Below, piece by piece: positions 60,001-64,000 of a stretch of 64,000 bases of DNA; within the stretch, counting starts at the first letter, position 1, and each line of letters begins with the position of its first letter. Under the pieces are notes generated by a model. The model had not been told where the DNA came from and did no database searches. It was given only the letters and a program-made list of their open reading frames with translations. The position numbers were made by a program, and so were the translations under genes. The stretch lies in IMG/VR virus record IMGVR_UViG_3300031760_005061, positions 1-64,000 of that record; one strand, written 5' to 3'. The stretch is from a virus. Its lineage: Duplodnaviria > Caudoviricetes.

Positions 60001-60187
60001 TATACTTAATTCCCTTTTCTTTACAGTATTTATATTTTGAAATCCAGTTTAAGGGCTTGCCGTGTTCGCTGAATGCTATTGCCGTCTGCCCCTGTCTTAC
60101 AGCTTCGTCAACATATTCCGTATAACTCGTACAGCTATCGAGCAGTGAATAGTCTGTATGAACATGGTATGCTACATACGAACCCAA
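57044..60187 (-). CDS. dnaE: DNA polymerase III alpha subunit (family C)
   Basis: PHP domain HVHTDYSLLD/EHG/DAH; RGSVGGS, DIDTD, HPAG, GIFQFES, VYQED, YSFGYNHS. Confidence 0.96.
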   Translation of the reverse strand: MGSYVAYHVHTDYSLLDSCTSYTEYVDEAVRQGQTAIAFSEHGKPLNWISKYKYCKEKGIKYIHAVEIYITEQLEPKTRDNFHTILIAKNKAGVKELNKVVSMSCNPEHFYYTNRISIDEFLSLSKNIITTSACLASPLNKLPADHPKYEQMVKRYDYLEIQPHNHPEQIAFNVHLAELAEKYHKPLIAGTDAHSLNEYKAECRKILLKRKHKSYGDEDLFDLTYKTYADLVENFRQQNAIPESLWMQAIENTNVMAASVEEFDINTDNKYPVLYGSPDNDVEAFERLVENKFQEKIANGIISEDQIDNFKSAIKEEMRVFKKIGMAGFMLSQSELNGWCKENKIPLGFARGSVGGSRVAYVTDIIDLNPETWHTVFSRFCNEDRVEVGDIDTDCREEDRPKIFEYIINRFGTDKTARVASYGTIKEAGAIDDICGALRMYWNEDHGLKPDENGKDNPYNLTNTDRIKKDFLKDPEKTREENPKVFYYLDGLLNTKVSQSVHPAGMVISPVCLDEEYGVFDKDGVSCLMLDMEDAHSAGLVKYDFLVLNTVNIINDTCKNIGINYPRSHEINWNDEEVWSDMLKSPYGIFQFESDYAFQLLKQFKPKSIFDMSLVTASVRPSGTSYRDDLMAHKVHKNPSPMIDELLKDNNGFLVYQEDQIKFLQDICGFSGSEADTVRRAIGKKDEVAVKAALPKILEGYCSKSDRPREVAEKEAQEFLRILEDSASYSFGYNHSVAYCLLGYLCAYFRHYYPYEFITAYLNNPNNPDDITNGTKLAQEYGILVTTPRWGVSREHFVFDKDRQIIAKGIESIKYLNKKIGNELYALAHSENKFNRFIDILIALKNTSIDARQLDILLKIGFFSEFGNCRELLAITEAFYKFKSGDAKKINPEFVTEELLKIITNHATNLNKDGKELKLYTITDMYGLLCEIEDTIRAKSFPELPIKTMIQNSMEYLGYVDITTGKEEDRRKLIIEDYTELASKSTGNVWCARINTTSVGSGKKSRLTVRSKLLKQLPIKKGDIIYANNVFKNSSGYWELTSYNIIN

Positions 60188-62134
60188 TTAATCACCTCCT
60201 TTTACTTCGCCGAATACTTCGGAATCGTTTTCCTCTTGTAAAATTCGTTCCGACAACAACGCGGTTTCATATTTCGTATCGTCCCAGTCGTACTGCTTGT
60301 CAAATTCCTCTTGCGTCGAATAGAACCTTCTCGACACTGTGTCGTAATACAATCCGTGACTGATACTGCTACGTCCTCTCATTCTGTCTTTGATAATGTT
60401 TACAACAACGTCGTATTTTTTCAGTTCCGGTTTTAAGTTTGAGTTTTGGTCATTACCGTCCTTTTCGTCCTGTGTAACTCTTCTGAGACCCAATGTTCTG
60501 TGAGCCAGATTTGCGATATTGCTGGAGCCGGCGATATCGTACATTCCCACTGTAGATGTCTGAGACAGTTTCCTCGGGTGTGCCACAAGGATAATCGCAA
60601 CGCTGTATTTCTGCGCCAGTGTTATCAGTTTTTTAATCACCGAAGTTTGCTCTCTCAATTCGTTTTCTGACGAGTCGCTCAACATTGTCATCATATTGTC
60701 GAGCAGTAACAGTTTGGTTCCGAATTTTCTTATTGAGTCTGTCATTGAGTCAATCAGAATATCGATATTGTTTTCCCAGTCGTCTTTGTAAACAAACCAC
60801 CTACCTCTGTAGTATTCGTTTATTTTCTCGATCGCCTTGTCGTTGACGGTATAATATGTATCTTCTCCACACTGAATTTCTTCGATGTGTCTTCGTCCGC
60901 CAAGAACAAAACTCAGCCAGCTTTTTGTTATCGGATTTGATAACTCAGCAGAATACATCCAAGTGTTTACGCCTTGGTCGAGAACGTTACAAATGATTTG
61001 ACTTAACAAACTGCTTTTGCCCACACCGGGCATACCGGAGATTACTGTCAATGTTCCGTAAGGAAGCTTAACCAGCTCTTGGTCTATTGCCTTAATACCC
61101 GTTTTTACTCCCGGCATATCCTTAAAATTCAATGCCTTAACATCAGACAAATCTGCAACTGACGGAACCGGTGTATCGGCTGCGTTAACTATGATGTCAA
61201 ACAAGACATCTTTTCCTTTTTTGTAAAGAACCTCGTTGAGATCTTTACAGTCGTCCGGAACGTTAACCACTTTCGTTCTCCAAGAACCAAGTCTCGGGAC
61301 GATTTCTGCGAGATATTTTCTGCCGCTTTCGTCGTTGTCCGCCGCTATAATGATTTGGTTGATTGTTTCGAGCCAGTCGAAGTTGCACTCAATCCATTTC
61401 GTGTTTCCGTCTCCGAGCGGAATTGATACTGCGTTTACCCATCCAGACTCTATGGCCGCGGCGCAGTCAAGTTCGCCGGAACAAATCAGCATCGGTTGCG
61501 ACGGATTTATTCTATTCATATTAAAAAGAAGCGGTTTTGTATCTGCGTTTTTCTGACACCAGTTTTTCGCTTCTCCGCTTCCTTTTACGATTTTGTGAGA
61601 CGGCCGATACTTAACCATTGTTAAAACATCATTTAAGTCATAATAGTTGAACACTATATTTCCATGACTGTCTTGACAAATGTCAAGGTAGTCGACCGTG
61701 CTTTCCGATATTCCTCTCAGCTTTAAATAGGAGTAGACAGCGTTTTTGTTTCCGCAATCATCTCTCTTCGGATATCTGTAATCCCTAAGTGATTTCACGC
61801 CAAGCTCGCCAAATGAATACGGCAGGTCTGCTATCTCAAAGAGATCTTTCACTGCTTCGGCGTAGCTGTATTTGTTTTTCATCATCAATACATCTATAAG
61901 GTCATAGTTTCTATGACAAGCACCGAAGCAGTGAGCGCTGAGGTTTTCACTTTTGGGGTTGAAGATTAAAGACGGCGTGTTTTCGGCGTGCCATAAGCAA
62001 CAGCACTTCTGGTTCTTTTCGTCGTAGTCGGTTACACCGGCAACCGACATCATCACGCCAAACATACCCTGTTCGTCTTCTATTTTTCTTTTTGCTTTGT
62101 TAATATCGTCGTTATTAAAAAGCAAACTTAACAA
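60188..62134 (-). CDS. Primase-helicase (T7 gp4/Twinkle-like)
   Basis: Zn-binding CLWH...CFGAC, TOPRIM (GELD, DNDESG, KDLNE), Walker A GMPGVGKS, LVAHPRK, IAGSS. Confidence 0.93.
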   Translation of the reverse strand: MLSLLFNNDDINKAKRKIEDEQGMFGVMMSVAGVTDYDEKNQKCCCLWHAENTPSLIFNPKSENLSAHCFGACHRNYDLIDVLMMKNKYSYAEAVKDLFEIADLPYSFGELGVKSLRDYRYPKRDDCGNKNAVYSYLKLRGISESTVDYLDICQDSHGNIVFNYYDLNDVLTMVKYRPSHKIVKGSGEAKNWCQKNADTKPLLFNMNRINPSQPMLICSGELDCAAAIESGWVNAVSIPLGDGNTKWIECNFDWLETINQIIIAADNDESGRKYLAEIVPRLGSWRTKVVNVPDDCKDLNEVLYKKGKDVLFDIIVNAADTPVPSVADLSDVKALNFKDMPGVKTGIKAIDQELVKLPYGTLTVISGMPGVGKSSLLSQIICNVLDQGVNTWMYSAELSNPITKSWLSFVLGGRRHIEEIQCGEDTYYTVNDKAIEKINEYYRGRWFVYKDDWENNIDILIDSMTDSIRKFGTKLLLLDNMMTMLSDSSENELREQTSVIKKLITLAQKYSVAIILVAHPRKLSQTSTVGMYDIAGSSNIANLAHRTLGLRRVTQDEKDGNDQNSNLKPELKKYDVVVNIIKDRMRGRSSISHGLYYDTVSRRFYSTQEEFDKQYDWDDTKYETALLSERILQEENDSEVFGEVKGGD

Positions 62135-62143
62135 CCCCCTTTC

Positions 62144-63192
62144 TTATTCTTTAAGCCATTTTTTAATTACATTGTTAAAGTTGCTTTTGTTTCCGAGTGC
62201 CTTTTTGGCGATACACATTACAAGACCGGTTTCCTTTGAGTATGTGTCTCCCTCGTTGCACTTAACTACCGTTTTTGTTCCGTCTTTCCAAAGGACGATT
62301 GTTGCCGGGTCGTGGAATATTACCTTTTCGATATCCGGGAAATACGAAACCTTTATTGTCTCGATTGTGCCGGTATTCCAACCGTTGTACCAATAATACG
62401 ATGACGTATCCGACAAATAATTGGTCAAATAATTGGTGGTGTGGCTTCTACCATATTCGTCAGTATAGGTGACTAAATCACCAGTGGTTCCGTTAGTTAT
62501 ATATTTAATCATATGTCCCTCGTTACTTTTAGGTTAAATAAATATCGCGCCAGACTATTTCCTTGGGGTCGTAGCCGGAAATGATACCGGCTTTCTGGAG
62601 CGATTTCAATTTCTTTTTCATAAATCTGTTTGCGACACACCTCTTACATCCGGTGTATGGTTCGATGTTTTCGTCGCTGAGAAGTTCAATACATATATCT
62701 CTGTCGTCGATTTCAATCCAAAGAGATGCGCTTGTACCGAAGATCTGCTCGACATAAAGCCATGAGTATTTTTCTCCCGGATTAAAGAAGCCGTTTTCGT
62801 TCATTACCTCTTTGCTTTTGATATGCGGTTTAATATGTATGTTTGTTCCGTAGCGGTTGAACTCACTCATCGTTTCCATCCTCCACTTTAATCAAATCCA
62901 TGAACGACCAGATCCACGGTGTGTCATCACCGGCTGTTTCCTCGAACACATAAAAGCTTTTATACTTTTCGTCTCTGGCAATTGTGAAGACATCATCTTT
63001 GTGAGTGTCGATAAATTCAATGTATTCCGGAGAGAAATGCTCGCGCTTTTTGTTTAATGCTTCGTAATCGATTTTAACCTTGTCTCCGGGCTTAAGACTG
63101 TTTTCTTTTTCAATCATCGCAACAGCCTCTGCCTTTGTTAAACCGATTTTCTTCATACTCTTTATGTAGTTTCTTCTCTGCTTTCGGTTCAT
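62144..63192 (-). other. Three hypothetical CDSs (62144-62512, 62529-62879, 62863-63192)
   Basis: 62144-62512 carries the common phage motif IEKVIF.DPATIV.WKDGTKTVVKC..GD...E.GL. Confidence 0.65.
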
Positions 63193-63999
63193 TTAAGTCC
63201 CCTTTCCATAACACATTTGGAAGTATTCGCACTGACCGGTAAAACCGCATAGGTTTCTGCAAAAGAATTCGCTCTCGAGATTTGGTGTCCATTTTGTGTT
63301 GTTTTCAATCTCGGATATTTTTGCCAGTATTTGCTCCTCAACCTCCTTCATTTTTGCACAATAAAACGTCTCTTTTATTTTGCTCGAATTTCTGAAACAG
63401 TTGAACATTAAACTATCAACTTCGATTCCTTTTTGAGTCAACGGGATAGCGTAAAGATACAACTGATTTAAATATTCATCAAGTTCGTTGTCAGAGACTG
63501 TTGGCTTTTTCCTTCCGCTTCTCGGCTTTAACATTTTTGATTTGTGATCTACAAGAATGTATTTTCCGGTTTCGGTTTGAGCCAACAAGTCTATAATGCC
63601 GACAAACTTTTTGTTACCGATTTTAAAAAACAGTTTCTTTTCAACGTCGACGATATTTTCAAAACCGGTTTCATCAAAGTTTTTGAAATACTCTGCGCCG
63701 CCATTGAAATACGATGCAAATATTTTCGGGTTGGGAGCGGGAGTGTTGACTTCTTTGCTGAAGTTGCAAATGTAATATTCGTACAATTTGCTTTTTTCGA
63801 TTTCTCCCTTAAAATACTTTTCAAGTATCTTATGAACAAAACTACCGAACTGAGAGAAGAACCTGTCTTCTTCTTTAAGTCCGAGTATGTATTTCATATA
63901 GAACCCATATCTGCAATTGTCGAACTGTTTTATTCTGCTATGACTCCATACGTAATCGTCATCGCTTAGCGCCAGCTTAATTGATACATCAGAAGGGGA
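63193..63999 (-). CDS. PD-(D/E)XK nuclease, Cas4/AddB-like (5' end beyond the window)
   Basis: Frame stays open to the window edge (WSHSRIKQFDNCRY...); GSFVH, E, GIIDL, VDHKS, QLYLY; C-terminal CxxxC..C completes an Fe-S ligand set. Confidence 0.85.
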   Translation of the reverse strand, partial: SPSDVSIKLALSDDDYVWSHSRIKQFDNCRYGFYMKYILGLKEEDRFFSQFGSFVHKILEKYFKGEIEKSKLYEYYICNFSKEVNTPAPNPKIFASYFNGGAEYFKNFDETGFENIVDVEKKLFFKIGNKKFVGIIDLLAQTETGKYILVDHKSKMLKPRSGRKKPTVSDNELDEYLNQLYLYAIPLTQKGIEVDSLMFNCFRNSSKIKETFYCAKMKEVEEQILAKISEIENNTKWTPNLESEFFCRNLCGFTGQCEYFQMCYGKGT

Positions 64000-64000
64000 G

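Noticed and set aside
53179-62134. Inteins or introns in nrdD, dnaE and the primase-helicase
   Set aside because: Lengths are normal, frames are uninterrupted and no splicing motifs were seen.
63193-63999. Cas4-like nuclease as evidence of a CRISPR system
   Set aside because: No cas1, cas2 or array; it sits in the replication module, where such nucleases are common.

Overview
The whole window is part of one large temperate tailed phage (siphovirus-like), most likely infecting an anaerobic Bacillota/Clostridia host. Support for that host: strong GGAGG Shine-Dalgarno sites, a CHAP-SH3b lysin, a class III ribonucleotide reductase and a sortase. No host chromosomal genes are visible. The + strand (1-42.4 kb) is the late operon: tyrosine recombinase, terminase, portal, head, neck and tail genes in an SPbeta/c-st-like order, a 2465-aa tape measure protein, distal tail, a 1956-aa tail tip, an accessory fibre/adhesin block containing a sortase, and the lysis cassette. 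The - strand (42.7-64 kb) holds an integrase, an intact attP whose core is the 3' end of tmRNA (ssrA), many small hypothetical genes, a ~1.6-kb tRNA/structured-RNA island, dUTPase, a phosphoesterase, NrdG/NrdD/glutaredoxin, DnaE, a primase-helicase and a Cas4/AddB-like nuclease cut by the window end. The most unusual signals are: (1) a ~260-bp tightly packed array of unrelated operator-like palindromes and repeats between the lysin terminator and the integrase; (2) a hairpin-rich non-coding island between tRNAs, including a tRNA with an aberrant anticodon arm; (3) a compositionally foreign 3-kb cassette carrying a catalytically intact sortase inside the tail module; (4) a 68-aa neck-region domain reused as the N-terminus of an accessory protein; (5) an orphan DGR-type variable region; (6) a dUTPase with a predicted membrane anchor. 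All calls come from reading motifs and gene order by eye; no database searches were run.
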